From Octopus sinensis (Eukaryota), in assembly GCF_006345805.1 (NCBI RefSeq), contig NC_043011.1:27664464-27728463 (forward strand): a DNA stretch of 64,000 nucleotides, read 5' to 3'. How positions within the stretch are numbered: the stretch's first letter is position 1; every line of letters starts with the position of its first letter. The notes below the pieces were generated by a model. That model had not been told where the DNA came from, ran no database searches, and saw nothing but the letters and a program-made list of their open reading frames with translations. A program made the translations under genes and the position numbers. Below are positions 13,380 to 27,537 of the stretch, one piece after another.

Positions 13380-14330
13380 GATAGATAGATAGATACATAC
13401 ATACATACATAGGCACATATGTACATACATATACGTATCTATACATATATATATATATATATAATATATATATATATATAATATATATAAGTATATATAC
13501 ATATATATATATATATGTGTATATATACATATATATATTATCTTACATATATACATAGCTACATAGAAACATACATACGTATACACACACACACAAATGC
13601 ACATATATATATATATTAAATGGGGGACTATGAATAAATGAATCTGTATATCACACACATACACACACTCGAATTACCCACACGTACTCTCCAATACGTA
13701 TACATGTATGTATGCGGGGGGGGGGGAGGGTATGTGTAAAAACGAACTTTGAAAAAAATCGTATAAAGATATAACGCGAGTACGATTTAAAAAATCAATC
13801 AGTAGGACTCATTGTATGTAAAAAGTCTAGTAGATCCTTAAGATAAGAAAAGAAAAAGTTAACAGCAGAATCGTTTCAAAGAAAAGACTCAAAAGATTAT
13901 TTTGGGAACAATGATCACGTATTTAATTCATCAGGTTATAAAAGAAATTTCACACCGGAACTGATAAAAATGTCACAAATCTTAAAAGAGTTCTCGACCA
14001 AACAAGCGTTTACGAATTCCATATAGATTTTGAAAACCAATGGCATGAAAATTTTGCATTAGTGTAATGTAGCACAAGCTATGCACTACGAGAATTGCCT
14101 TGTAAATTTCCCTTAAAAGTACAAGCAAACTATGAATACAATTTTCTATCTTAAGAATAAATTGTCATCGTGTCTAGTAGACATTTTGTCAATTCAATTA
14201 CTAGTTTAAAAATATATCCTTACCTACCTACATATTTACCTCCCAACTACCTGCCCGTGTGTATGTATGTATGTATGTATCTATCTATCTATCTGCCTAT
14301 CTATCTAGTTATTTCCACCTCCCACCTTCA

Positions 14331-14361
<31 letters not shown>

Positions 14362-14640
14362 AATATGTTAATATAAAGTTATTTCGGAGTACGCAGGAGA
14401 GAGAAGTTCAAATTAGTAGTATTAAAATGAATTACACACTGTATTACATACATATAAATAGATAAATTTAAGAGACAGACTCACCCTCAAGCAACTCAAT
14501 CATCATTGAATGACATTATCCACTATATCTACATAGGACTAAATATTAAGATTATCAAAGTTAATACCTACAATTGTTATTCCAAATTATCAAAATTAAC
14601 ACCTTCCATTCTTATTAAAAATCATATACTTTACATTTTC

Positions 14641-14745
14641 TAGACTACGCGCGTTTCATGACAACATATTCCTCAATATTGCTGAAATAGAACGTCTCTA
14701 TACAATACCATATTAAAACGATTATATTGCCAATCTTCAGGTCTA
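14641..14745 (-). ncRNA. type I hammerhead ribozyme
   Basis: Minus strand TAGAC-CTGAAGA-ttggcaat...gttgtcat-GAAAC-GCGC-GTA-GTCTA: 5-bp stem I, palindromic stem III ACGCGCGT, GUA cleavage triplet. Confidence 0.85.
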
Positions 14746-14949
14746 TCTTATATGGACTTATTTTGCTATTTACATCGTACATGACAAACTAAAATTATAT
14801 AACTAGAAGTTATTGAAATACTGTTACTTTAGTAAATAGTGAACAGACAAGTGAACTAAAAGTAGGAAAAAGAAAGGTTGGTAAAAAGAAATGCTACCTT
14901 ATCTGTATGGTAATTTTCTTTCCATGAATTAAACATGGCTATCCTCAAT

Positions 14950-16250
14950 TATTCCAACAACTTCTTGTTATATAAGTTTAGTCTGTCATGTATTAGAAAT
15001 TATTTAAGAAAAAACGCTATAAATTTTTCAGAAGATACGGACTATCCATCTCTATCGAAAAGGATAAATACTCAGTTAATTTCAACCTTATAACTGGTAA
15101 ACACGAATCTTTTCTCAAATTAAATACCAATTTAAGATATATTAATTTCTTAAGTAATTATCGAAGATCAATTAAAACACGTTAATCTTCAACTTAGAGA
15201 AAAGAATATCAAATCTGATATGATGAAAAAAATATTTATGAAACAAGCAGATTATTACAACATGGCTCTATTAAAGTCGTGTATAGAGACAAGATAAAAT
15301 AACATTCACCTAATGATAAAATTACAAATGATAGAATTAATTATACAACAGAAACTAAAACTGAAAAGACTGCTAATTCAATAAAAATTAAACCTATAAT
15401 GAAAAACAAACGTAGAATTAATGAATCATTTGATAATAAACTGTTAAGTGGTAAGAAAAATAAACTAAATAAATAAGCATCAATATCGAGATAGAAACCA
15501 ATGTAGAGAAAACTAATATTAAATTATCATATAAATATAATATCAATAAAATAATAAGCAACTGATAAATAATTATAATTATGCTTATAGTGACCAACAT
15601 GTAAATAATAAATCATGATAATAATAAAGTGATAATTCCCTTGAATACTCATACCGTTGGTCATCTACTTAATACTCCTAATAGAAAAAATATAATATAT
15701 ACGGTTTTCATGAATTTTACTGAATCAAAAATGGATCCTAAACTCTCTAATAATAATTCTGAAGAATCTTATAAGATTTGGTTCATCATTCCATATGCTA
15801 TGCAAATTGAAAATAATTTAATAAAATCTATATACAAATCTATTTATAAGCATTTTAACAATGATAATATAGTGAAATTATCAATTATAAACATTTCAAA
15901 GTTTGTTTTAGTTTAACCCGTAATATGTTTACGAATTTATCATCTATTAACAATAATAAATTAGATATTTTTTTAGAGAAACAGAAATATTCATTACAAT
16001 AATTCACTTCAAAACCAACTTAACCCCCACAAACCTAAATAGAAATGTTATCGGCCACAAATACCATAATGATAGAAGAGAAATAACCCATATTAAATCT
16101 CTTCCTAATAATACTTTAAATGACATACATAAGAATTTAAATGAAAATTGTAATTGTAAAGTTAAGATTAACTGTAAATTAAAAAAAAATTATGTAAGAA
16201 AGATAACTCAATCAACTAATGTATAGTTATATCTCAAATAAAGTATTGAC
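14950..16250 (+). mobile_element. decayed Penelope-like RT/linker remnant, downstream of an inverted hammerhead-bearing terminal segment
   Basis: Remnant motifs NLRYINFLSN, KIWFIIPY (IWFNPPY-like) and CNCKVKINC, with many stops. Confidence 0.65.
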
Positions 16251-16748
16251 CTATTATCTTACATTAATATTATTTTATAGCTGTAATTAACAATATTTAT
16301 TAATTGAATAGTATAGAAGAACTAAATTCCCATATATTGATAATATCACGAAATACTCTATAAACTACGAAATGCACAAGATTTCTATCTATCCAGAATG
16401 TAAACAAACAATATATATTCACCATGTTGATTATATGGTACATAAATACATACGCTTATCATTTTAGGTGAATGTATTTAATAGAAGCATTAATTTAACC
16501 ACACTTGAATGTAAATAAATACTATCGAGTTAAATGTTATAATGAGTTATGCGTGTATGATTGTATGCCTTATGTACATACCGATGTGCGTGTATTCGAA
16601 GATATGTGCATTTATGTTTATAGCTATGTACGTGCATATGTGTATACATGCTTGTGTATACAGGCATATTTATATGTGTGTGTTCGAGTGTGGATGTGTA
16701 TGCATATATATATACACACATGTATGTATCTATCTGTATATGTATAAC

Positions 16749-16790
<42 letters not shown>

Positions 16791-16869
16791 TCGAATTTGT
16801 GTGAATGTGCACAGAATTATATATAAGTCGAATAAAGTGGAATGTTTGTATATAAAACAACTAATGAAG

Positions 16870-17012
16870 TACTTATCTTAAGCCAAAAGCAACCACATAA
16901 CCTAAAGAAAATATTTACAATGGCAAGATTCAATATGAACAAAATGGTTCACACATTCACAATTTCCAAGTGTAATGATAAGAGATGTGGAACGTGTCAA
17001 TGCATTCATACT
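16870..17012 (+). mobile_element. Penelope linker fragment
   Basis: SQKQPHNLKKIFTMARF...FTISKCNDKRCGTCQCIHT. Same family as 36213-36521. Confidence 0.75.
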
Positions 17013-17019
17013 CTTTTCT

Positions 17020-17700
17020 GATATTTCTCGCACCCATTTCCTTCAGTTTCACATTTTCAACTACTATGCCACCTTACCACCTAGTCTTTTAATTAAGGCC
17101 TAATGTTTGCAAGAAAATAAGTACCTCTCTCACGATCTAACATCAATATTATTTTGGCACTTAGGAAAATCTATATTTTAATAATAATTTCTAATCCCGA
17201 AACTCATCTGTGGATTTATTTGTTATAACAATGAGCCGATCCGACTTACGCAATTGGTCAATTTCTTCCTTCTTACCCAGACTAAATCACCCTTCCCCAA
17301 TATTCCCGGAGGTCTATGTAGGGATGAAGCACTCCTTACTGCCACTGTTTTGTCTCGCCCGTCCGTTGAACACACCCGGAAAGCTCTATAGATTCTTTAA
17401 AAATTATAACCATACTATTTCCTTTGAAAATAACACCAAAGTAGCTAACTTCTTAGCTGTTACTCTCGACTTGGATGCAAATCTATATTACCCTTTCCAT
17501 AAACCTAGATAATTGCTACAATATATCAACATCCTATCCAATCACACTTTACTTACATGCAATAGCATCGTCACCAGTGCCTTTATTAGAATTTCTAATT
17601 TATCAGCAAATGAAGACATCTTTAGTAATCACACCCCATATTATAATTAAACTTTTAAGATTAGTGGTTTCCGCTAGAATTCCAATATCCCCAATACTAA
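17020..17700 (+). mobile_element. decayed Penelope RT fragment
   Basis: TKVANFLAVTLDLDANLYYPFHKP and YINILSNH match the PLE thumb motifs NFLDVT..PYxKP and YIxxxSNHP. Confidence 0.7.
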
Positions 17701-18788
17701 ACTTGAAGCTCACTTTGCCCTTCTGTTTTTAGTACAGATGCTGGCCCCTACATATCTACTTCCACTCATCCACGCTCCATCAAACTACAACTAAACTCCC
17801 CAATACAATACTCGCCTGCCCCTCCGGTCACCTCGAAGATTTAATAACCTCACGCCTCCCCGTGTAGACCCACCGGACATATCACCGCGTTCTAAGCTCT
17901 CCAAGGGCAGAAAGCAGGAGAGGTTGCTTCACCTTTCTGCTTTCAAGTTAAACCCATAACTGCGCTTTACTTTAAATTTCTGAAGTCAAATTTTCCCTTA
18001 TGCGCCGACTGCATATGTCTCCTATAACCACAGTTTGTTTCCAGAATTTGAGAAAATAACGGCGCGGTCGGCATATTCGTATCTCTGAATTGAACTCTTG
18101 GAATATTAATGGTTCTACGAAATACACTCTCAGCGGCTGCTTTGTTTTATTCTGGAAATAGTCACAGTCTTTCTTTGCTAGTTGAGAAAAGTGTTGCCCA
18201 CCCCACTTCCTGGGATGGTATTTCTCAAATCCCACGGTCATTGATTTCACTTCCACAACCAAATTGAATGCCTGGTCATGTCACTAGCTCTCGCAGTTCT
18301 GAAGTAGCTGCTGAGGAGTTGTTGAAGTGACACTCACAGGATATTTAATTGATAAGGTATGGTAGGGAGACTGGATCATAAATCTCATGCACTGGATATC
18401 AACCAACCAGTACATAATACGAAACTCTATGTTGATTAGCCTTTGTTCAGGGTCCCTGACTGCTAAGTCTCTTGAGGATTTGTTAAGGAATTCTTGCTGT
18501 GTATAGCTCGTGCTTCATTAATATATTCATAAGATTCTGAAAACGATAATACCAACGGAATTCATAATCGGTAGTTTCAGCGTAAATATACGGAGGGTTT
18601 GTGTCATTTTAACAGTTCTGGATAAAAATTTCTGTTTGCACGTGAATAATTGATTGAGTGTGATTTGATCTCAAAATAATCCTTACTTTATGATCTTTAG
18701 ACCAATAGTTCTATACTAGCTTTGTTCGTTGATACATTAACAGCTGGGCCTTTCGTCACTTTTTCATACAGTTTTCCATTTCTCCATC

Positions 18789-20265
18789 TGCGGTGGTATC
18801 AAAAAGTACCAGGACTGGTTCGGTACCGAGCTTACAGATGGCAGCGCACGGTTGCGTGCGATGTGAGAGCTAGTAGTGACCTTCATGAGGCAGTGTGCCG
18901 AGCTACGAGTACACAGCTGTGTTTACTTCGAGCATATAGCTGTGTTTACAAGTACATCGCTGCGTTTACTTCGCAACTTATAAAATTCGTGTTTTTGTGA
19001 TCACGTGTATACTGTAGTCTACGATTTTGTCAGGGACAGAAATAAAGACCCTACGGGAAAATTTGTGTTAAACTTAGTCAATCTGTTACAGAGATATTGA
19101 GCATGCTTTGGCAAGCTTTCTAAGACGAGGCAATGGGTCGTACGCAAAGTTTCGAGTGGTATGGGCGCTTCAAAGGGGAAGGACGTCTCTGAAGTCGATG
19201 AGCGATCTGGAAGACCTGCCACGAACGTCACCCCGCAAAATATGGTATTGTGCATCTAGAATTCGCACTCAGGGTCTGACCGTCAAACAAAAGTACTACT
19301 GTGACATTTTGAAACGTCTGAGGGAGGACATTCGCCTAAAGAGACCAGATCTGTGGAGCGTGAAGAATACGATTCTTCACGATGACAATTCAGCCTGTCA
19401 CCGAGCTCTTCTCTCTCGTGATTTCCTCACTAGAATCAACATGGTATCACTCCGCATCCACCCTATTCACCAGATTTAGCACCTGCAGATTTCGCTTACT
19501 TCCCCAGCATGAAAATGCTACTCAAAGGTCGCCGTTTAAAAACATTGTCGAGATCTAAAGTGAATCGCAGAAGGTCCTCGATTCACTTACGGAAAATGAC
19601 TTCCTGGCCGGATTTCAAAAGTGGCAGGAACGCTGAGACCAGTGTAATGCTGCGCAAGGTAACTATTTCAAAGGAGATAATGTTGAAACTTAGGTAAATA
19701 TATTATTTTTATTAATCACTAGCAGTATCGCCCGGCGTTGCTCGGGTTTGTAAGGGAAATAACTATATAAGCATTTTTAGAGAGTTACTTCCCTTATAGA
19801 TGCCAATTCGGGCTTTCTTAGCCATTTCTGTTTTGGTGTCTTCAAGCCATGAAGTCGTTGTTCTAAAAGAACGCTGGTCTCCTTGACAACGCTTTACGAC
19901 GTTGATTTCCTTACACTCCCTTCCCCACAGCTTCACGAGGGAGAGAAGAAGGGGGAGAAGCAAACAGGTGCAGGTATGACCATGGACGCCAACTCCGCCG
20001 CCATCGACACACGAAAAATTATGCATTAAAATGGAATAAAAAATGATGTTAAATTATTTTTAAAATCGTAGACTCATCGTAGACGCGCGCTAATACTCAG
20101 ACGGGCTCGATATAAATCACGACTATAAGATACCCGAATTTGGTTAAACTGCACCGCAAAATGTGGGAGTAGTTAGGAATCTAAATCGAAGGGGACAGAC
20201 ACTCACACAACTACAGTTTTATATATATATAGATAACTAGTCCTGGAATTTTTTGATACCACCTT
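18789..20265 (+). mobile_element. mariner element, internally deleted, with both TIRs, interrupted by a Helitron
   Basis: TIRs ggtggtatcaaaaagtaccaggact / agtcctggaattttttgataccacc. Motifs YYCDILKRLRE, ILHDDN and HPPYSPDLAPADF. Confidence 0.9.
19719..20233 (-). mobile_element. non-autonomous Helitron nested in the mariner
   Basis: Minus strand starts TC and ends CTAG, with subterminal hairpin CCCGAGCAACGCCGGG. Inserted between A and T with no TSD. Confidence 0.9.
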
Positions 20266-20367
20266 ATATTCATTTATTACGTCCAATATCGCCATTCCTT
20301 CTATTATTTCCTCAACAGGCTCGATGGGAACAACATGCTGGCTTGAAAAATATTGTTCACTGTGTAT

Positions 20368-20608
20368 TCTTTTACTCCTCTACTTGTTTCAGTAATTTGA
20401 CTGAGGCCATGCTGGAGCACCGCCTGAATGGTTTTAGTCGAAGAAACCGAGTCCAGATCGTATTCTTTGTAAGCACAGTACTTATTCTTATATTCTTATA
20501 CCGAACCGCTAAGTTTCAGGGACATAAACACACCAGTATCGATTGTCAAGCAATGGCGGGTGGAAAAATACAGATACAGACCTAAATACAGATACACACC
20601 TACATACA

Positions 20609-20682
<74 letters not shown>

Positions 20683-21035
20683 GCAAGGAAAAATTGTAAA
20701 AATGCAGAATGCTAAATTGAAAGAAAATTTTAACGAAATGAGAAATTGATAAAATATATAAATATATATTTATTCAGACCGGTTTTCGTCATGATGTGAC
20801 TTATCAAGAATAGTTAGGTAAAAAAGTTTTTATCATTTCTCCACGTGCGGTCAACACAACCCCACCATTTATTGATCTATATATATATATATATACGACG
20901 GGCTTCTTTCAGTTTCTGTCTGCCAAATCCACTCACAAGGCTATAGTAGAAGACAACTACCCAGTGTGCCACACAGTGGGACTGAACCTGGAACCTTGTG
21001 GTCGGGAAGCAACCTTCTTACCACACAGCCACGCC
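20368..21035 (-). mobile_element. SINE family A, interrupted in its (TA)n by a ~200-bp insert
   Basis: Homologous to 3077-3485. The insert at 20683-20878 carries a decayed hammerhead motif. Confidence 0.85.
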
Positions 21036-21247
21036 TTGTTCAGAACTATGCCTGAATTATCTGCTTAATCTTATTTCGATAATCTCTTACTGTTAGATTC
21101 TTCATAAGTTGATGTATATAGACGTCATCATTAAAAAAAAATATTGATATAATAATAATACATGTGATCATCTAACACTCATATATGCAGATATATGCAA
21201 ATATTCACTCACACTAACTTTTCCCCCATGCACATGCGCACACACCC

Positions 21248-21300
<53 letters not shown>

Positions 21301-21449
21301 TTTTAAAATATATATATTTTTTAAAATTCTGTGATAAGACTGTACATCATCTTAAAGAACTTTAATGAACTTTAGAAATCTGTTTAATTATCTACATTAC
21401 TTCATGAGTATAGCCTCAAACACTAGGATGTCTAGAGAACTTACATGTA

Positions 21450-21540
21450 TTTTAGCTGATGAGTACGGGACTCGTTTATATGCTGTAATCTTTGCAACTT
21501 TTAATAAAACCTGTCCTTGTATGAAACGATCGTACTAAAA
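21450..21540 (+). ncRNA. type I hammerhead ribozyme
   Basis: TTTTAG-CTGATGA-gtacgggac...gtccttgtat-GAAAC-GATC-GTA-CTAAAA: 6-bp stem I, palindromic stem III ACGATCGT, GUA triplet. Confidence 0.88.
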
Positions 21541-21567
21541 ACCTATCCATTCTTGTTGCTTCTTTCT

Positions 21568-21607
<40 letters not shown>

Positions 21608-21639
21608 TATACATATACATATATATATATATACACACA

Positions 21640-21724
<85 letters not shown>

Positions 21725-21745
21725 ACATATATATATACATATATA

Positions 21746-23811
21746 TCTATATATATAAAAGTGAAGTTGTGTGAGTGTCTGTCTCCTACGATTTAGATTC
21801 CTAACTACTCCCACATTTTGCGGTGCAGTTTAACCAAATTCGGGTATCTTATAGTCGTGATTTCTATCGAGCCCGTCTGGGTATTAGCGCGCGTCTACGA
21901 TGAGTCTACGATTTTAAAAATAATTTACCATAGTTTTTTTCCATTTTAACGCATATTTTTTCCCTCCCTTGTGAAGCTGTGGGGAAGGGAGTGTAAGGAA
22001 ATCAACGTCGTAAAGCGTTGTCAAGGAGACCAGCGTTCTTTTAGAACAACGACTTCATGGCTTGAAGACACCAAAACAGAAATGGCTAAGAAAGCCCGAA
22101 AGCAAATTCTACAAAATCGGGAAACACGTCACACAGGGAAGCTTTCCCGTGCAAATATTTTGCACAACCGAATGTTATAGTTGTTGCACAACTTTTACTT
22201 AAAAAATATTATCCAAACACAAACTTTTGAAGGCAATGTTGTATGGCGATGGTACTTGTGAAATATGGTAATGGATTTAGTAGCCAAAAGGAGAGAGCAG
22301 AGGCATAGTATGGTGGTGGTGGAGGCGGTGGTAGTGGCAGCGGTGGTGGCGGTGGTGCTGGTAGTGGTGATAGTGGTCGTGGTCGTGGTGGTCGTCGTGT
22401 TTGTGGTGGTGGTGGTGGTGGTGGTGGTGTTGTTGTTGTTGTTGTTGGTGGTGATCGTGGTCGTGGTGGTGGGGGTGGTGATGATGGTGGTGGTGGTGGT
22501 CGTGGTGATGATGGTGGTGGCCGTGGTCGTGGTGGTCTTCGTGATGGTGGTGGTGATGGTCATGGGCGTAGTGGTGGTGGTGGTGATGGTGGTAGTGGTG
22601 ATGGTGTTGTTGTTGTTGTGGTGGTGGTGGTGGCTGAAGCTGTCGTCTGGGTTCTTCCAATTTTTTCGTGTTTCGGTGGCGGCGTTGACGTTCATGCTCG
22701 CACCTGCACCTGTGTAGCTCCTCTCCTTCTTCCCTCCCTCGTGAAGCTGTGGGAAGGCAGGGTAGGGAAATCAACGTTGTAAAGCGTTGTCAAGGAGACC
22801 AGCGTTCTTTTAGAACAACGACTTCATGGCTTGAAGTCGCCAAAACAGAAATCGCTAAAAAAGCTGAAACAGATCCACAAAAACGGCAAAAACCGCCACA
22901 CAGGGCAGGTTTCCCGTGCAAACAATTTGCACAACCGAATGTTTTAGTTGTTGCACAAATCTTTATATTATATATAAAAGTGAAGTTGTGTGTCTGTCTC
23001 CTACGATTTAGATTCCTAGCTACTCCCACATTTTGCGATGCAGTTTAACCAAAACCGAGTATCTTATAGTCGTGATTCATATCGAGCCTTTCTGGGTATT
23101 AGCGCGCGTCTACGATGAGTCTACGATTTAAAAAAAAATTACTATCATTTTTTCCATTTTAATGCATTTTTTCGCTATTATATAAAGGAAGTAACTCTCT
23201 AAAAATGTCTACGATGAGTCAACGATTAAAAAAAAAGTTACCATCATTTAAAAAACGATTTTAAAAAAAGTTACCATCATTTTTTATTCCATTTTTAATG
23301 CATTTTTTGCTATTTTTTTGGCTATAACTCTCTAAAAATGCCTATATAGTTATTTCCCTTACAAACCCGAGCAACGCCGGGCGATACTGCTAGTCTTTAT
23401 ATATAAAAGAGAGGTTGTGTGTCTGTCTCTTACGATTTAGATTCCTAACTACTCCCACATTTTGCGGTGCAGTTTAACCAAAACCAGGTATCTTATAGTC
23501 GTGATTCATATCGAGCCCTTCTGGGTATTAGCGCGCGTCTACGATGAGTCTACGATTTAAAAAAAAATTACCATCATCTTTTTCCATTTTAATGCATTTT
23601 TTTCCATTTTAATGCATTTTTTCTCTATTATATAAGGGAAGTAACTCTCTAAAAATATCTACGATGAGTCAACGATTTAAAAAATAAATTACCATAATTT
23701 TTTTTCCATTTTTAATGCATTTTTTTTTCTATTTTTTGGCTATAACTCTCTAAAAATGCTTATATAGTTATTTCCCTTACAAACCCGAGCAACGCTGGGC
23801 GATACTGCTAG
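21746..23811 (+). mobile_element. composite tandem Helitron array (same family as 19719-20233)
   Basis: 5' TC starts at 21746, 22960 and 23394. Hairpin plus CTAG ends at 23393 and 23811. Direct CTAG|TC junction. Confidence 0.9.
22305..22632. repeat. degenerate (GTG)n/(GTT)n trinucleotide tract inside the Helitron
   Basis: Seen directly. It produces the poly-V/T/H pseudo-ORFs. Confidence 0.9.
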
Positions 23812-23827
23812 TATATATATATATATA

Positions 23828-24020
23828 GTCGCCATGATAGATCGTTAGCCACTACACACATTTTTTTCTCTCCTTGTTTTTTCTGTGTCCCTTTCTGTAG
23901 AAGAGCCTAGGCTCGTAACGTAAAAGACTTTTTCTATTCCTGAACGTTATACTAATACATCTGTTTGTTTTGTACACCACTTGTCTTCGTCTCTTGTTTT
24001 TTTTTTGGTAAACTCTCCCT
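23828..24020 (+). mobile_element. short Penelope-type 3' end with variant hammerhead (23891-23926), flanked by (TA)n
   Basis: cttt-CTGTAGA-A-GAGC(ctag)GCTC-GTAAC-GTA-aaag. Homologous to 4277-4462. Confidence 0.7.
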
Positions 24021-25864
24021 ATATATATATATATAATATATATATATATAATATATATATATATATACATGCATGCTCTTGTACACGGGGATATATCTGA
24101 GCCAAATGCAAGGGAATACTTGTACTACGTGTATATTCAAGTCTAGGACATTTACCTCACAGAAATAACTCCTGAGGAAACAGATGATGATTTAAAACTT
24201 CTTAATGTTTTAGAGATGGAGTAATTAACCAAGAGGGATAATTGTCGTAGGTGGACGTTGTCGTCGAGGGGGATTGTTCCATTGGGGCTAGGAGTAATTG
24301 TCCTCGTGGGATAATTGTACTTTAGTTCTAAATCATTTGCATTTACATCTGAGACTGGGTTTGTATTCACATAGCAAATTGACGTCTTTACTTGTCAGGC
24401 ACTGACTGATGAAGCGGAATTGTGCCAGTGAGCAAGCTGTAGATATGTGACGAAAGGTCTGGACCTAGCAGATTATTTGATTAGGTGTAGAAGGCGCAAT
24501 CCCTGTCTTCCGTTGGTCTACTAGCATCGCTGATATGGAAGCTGTTAATGCTTTGTTGAAGCTGTTGCTAGAAGTTAACCACTGTATAAAAAACATGCAG
24601 CCTGGGCGAAGTCGGAAGAATCACTTCAAGAATCACTTCAAGATATTTAGAAGGCTTTTCTCGATTCCTAACCTATATTCTACCCAGTTTTTCTGAGTGT
24701 GAAATGTACATCATATTTCATTCAGGAGTATTAAAAGCAAGTTCGACTCTTGCTGGATTTGAAACCAGAATGTGAAGAGACATAACTACATACTTTATAA
24801 GCATGTTGTAAGACGATCTCTCCCAATCTGGCATCCATCTGACATACTAATAATATACATTTAAAGAATTCCTTGAAAGGTAGCGTATTACGGATGCCCT
24901 TATTCCCCATTTAATGCATCAGCTTTAAGATATTTATAACACTACCTCATTATGTTCGAGATTTTAATTATGTTTTCATTTTCGTTCCATAATTATTTTT
25001 GTTGAAATATTCTTATTGATAATTTTTTGTTAGATCCTCAATTTTCGTTGCAGGGTTAAGGTTGCGTAAAGTAAGATACTCAAAATTGTCTCATTAAAAT
25101 AAATATTTTTGTTACGCCTTTGAGTTTGTTCTATAGTTGTATTTCAGCTTAGGGAAAACATTAACACCGAACCCATACCGTAAAAACAAACAACATAATA
25201 ATATAGATACTTCCTAACGAAGGAAAACGATCAATTTCTTCACTGAGAGATTTAGGCATTTCTAAAGAATCCAGGAAATGACTGCTTCTTTTCTTATATA
25301 GAAATCTGAAGAATATAGTAGAAAATATCTTCTCGGTGAGATTTGAAATCAAAAATCAAAGCGACGTGTTTAAACTTCCACATATTAATTGTCTCCTATA
25401 CTTCTTACCAGATTCTGCAATATGTCGCCCAAACAACAAAGAAAAAGTACTAATATCAACAATTAATCTAATAGCATCAACAGCACAAAAACAAACACAA
25501 TATCTTCAATGGTTTATCGGAATATACATACATACAAATATATTATAATATATATATATATATATGTTTCTCGCTCTATAAAGTAAGCTTCTATCCACGT
25601 TCGAAACTTCTTTCTTTACAGAAATAAATGATCTATTAATATATTAATGAATGTGAGCGTTGTAATCTCAGAGAATGTAATTCAATAGAGTTTATATAAA
25701 ACACTCCACAATATGCAAAAAATATATAAATACCTTTGTTAACACTCTCAGATGTGTATATGTGTGGCGTATATACATCTACGTATGTGTATTCGCTCTC
25801 GCTTTCCGTCTCTCTCATCCTCTCTCTCTCTCCACACACACACACACATATACGCACAAATATA

Positions 25865-25899
<35 letters not shown>

Positions 25900-25946
25900 A
25901 TGTATATATGTTTGTATATATATATATATGTATATATGTATATATA

Positions 25947-25992
<46 letters not shown>

Positions 25993-26205
25993 ATATATAT
26001 TATATATATATGTGTGTGTGTGTGTATATTATATATATATATATTGTATATATATATATGTATGTATATATATATGTATATATATATATATGCATATATA
26101 TATATGTATATATATATGTATGTATATATATATATATGTATATATATATAATATATACATACATATGTATATATATATGTATATATGTATATATATATGT
26201 ATATA

Positions 26206-26266
<61 letters not shown>

Positions 26267-27537
26267 ATATATATATACATACATACATATGCATGTATGC
26301 ATATAAGTGTAACGCTTATATATATATATATATCAATGTATATAAATTGCCTGCATTTATACGTTTTCAATACGGAATCTATTTTCATTTTTCAGAACTG
26401 AAATACAAAAACGCGAGCAATTTACTCGAAATAATTATAGAATTAATAGTTTCAAAAGATCGTTTCATTTTATCTGGAATAAAATACGGATTTATTCAAT
26501 CTATTTACAGTTCTTGCATCATTCAACTGTATTATATTTAATAACAGCACCGCAATTTACATAGATGGCGCTTTGGCTGTGACATAAGTTCTATAGTAGT
26601 TGATGCCAACTAAATTGCCTTTTCGCTTCACATCTGTCCATAAATATACAAGTATTTAGTCTATAGATGTAAATAGACACACAAGAATCGCGCAAAATTA
26701 CAATAACACGACAGTTATTGATCTATTTTGTGCGAGTATTGTCAATGACAATCATTGACTTTAGGGTTACAGATACAAATAACAAGGTTCGCTTACACTT
26801 TCTTTCCTTGTATATACATATATACATGCATACATATATAGACAGACTCGTACATATACATACATATATATAGTTATATATGTATGCAAGTATTTATATA
26901 TATATGTATATCTGTATATATATATATATATATTATATATATATATATATATACATACACATACATAAATAAACACACACACACGCACACACATACACAC
27001 ATGCATATATATATATATTATTCCCATATAAAATTCAAGGGGCACGTCTGAATTAAACATCATTAATCACATGTACTTAACGTACATGTTCCTCGTAATT
27101 GTTGATAGATGCGACTGAGAGTGAATTATCTCGCCAGACACCACTCTTTCAATCCCATCTAGGAATGATGGACATTGCTGTTTCGCCATTGTTGTGGCCT
27201 GTCAACACCACGAACGCCACCAAGAGTGGAAATGAATCATATCACCAGTCCACGAAATATATGCTCATGGCATGCGAATCACGAAGCATATTTACTAAGT
27301 ATTTGTGGTTGATAATGTATATTACACTAGTGTTGCCTCTATTTAATATTTGAATTTATTCTTAGTATGCATTGTCTGAACATACCCGAATGTGATCTGT
27401 ACGACATGAGCTTATAATTCATGGACTGGCAAAATGATTCATTTCTGATTCCAGTCAGGGACGAGATGTTCACAAAACGTTGAAAAAATAGCATCGACGG
27501 AAACGCTCTTGAAAACAATTATATAGCAGCACCAGTA

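Noticed and set aside
22195-22774. Poly-Thr, poly-Val and poly-His ORFs resembling mucin or His-rich proteins
   Set aside because: Trinucleotide low-complexity tract inside a Helitron, open on both strands, with no gene context.
24400-24472. CTGATGA...GAAAGGTCTGGACCTA possible hammerhead
   Set aside because: Stem III pairs but stems I and II do not close convincingly. Not counted.
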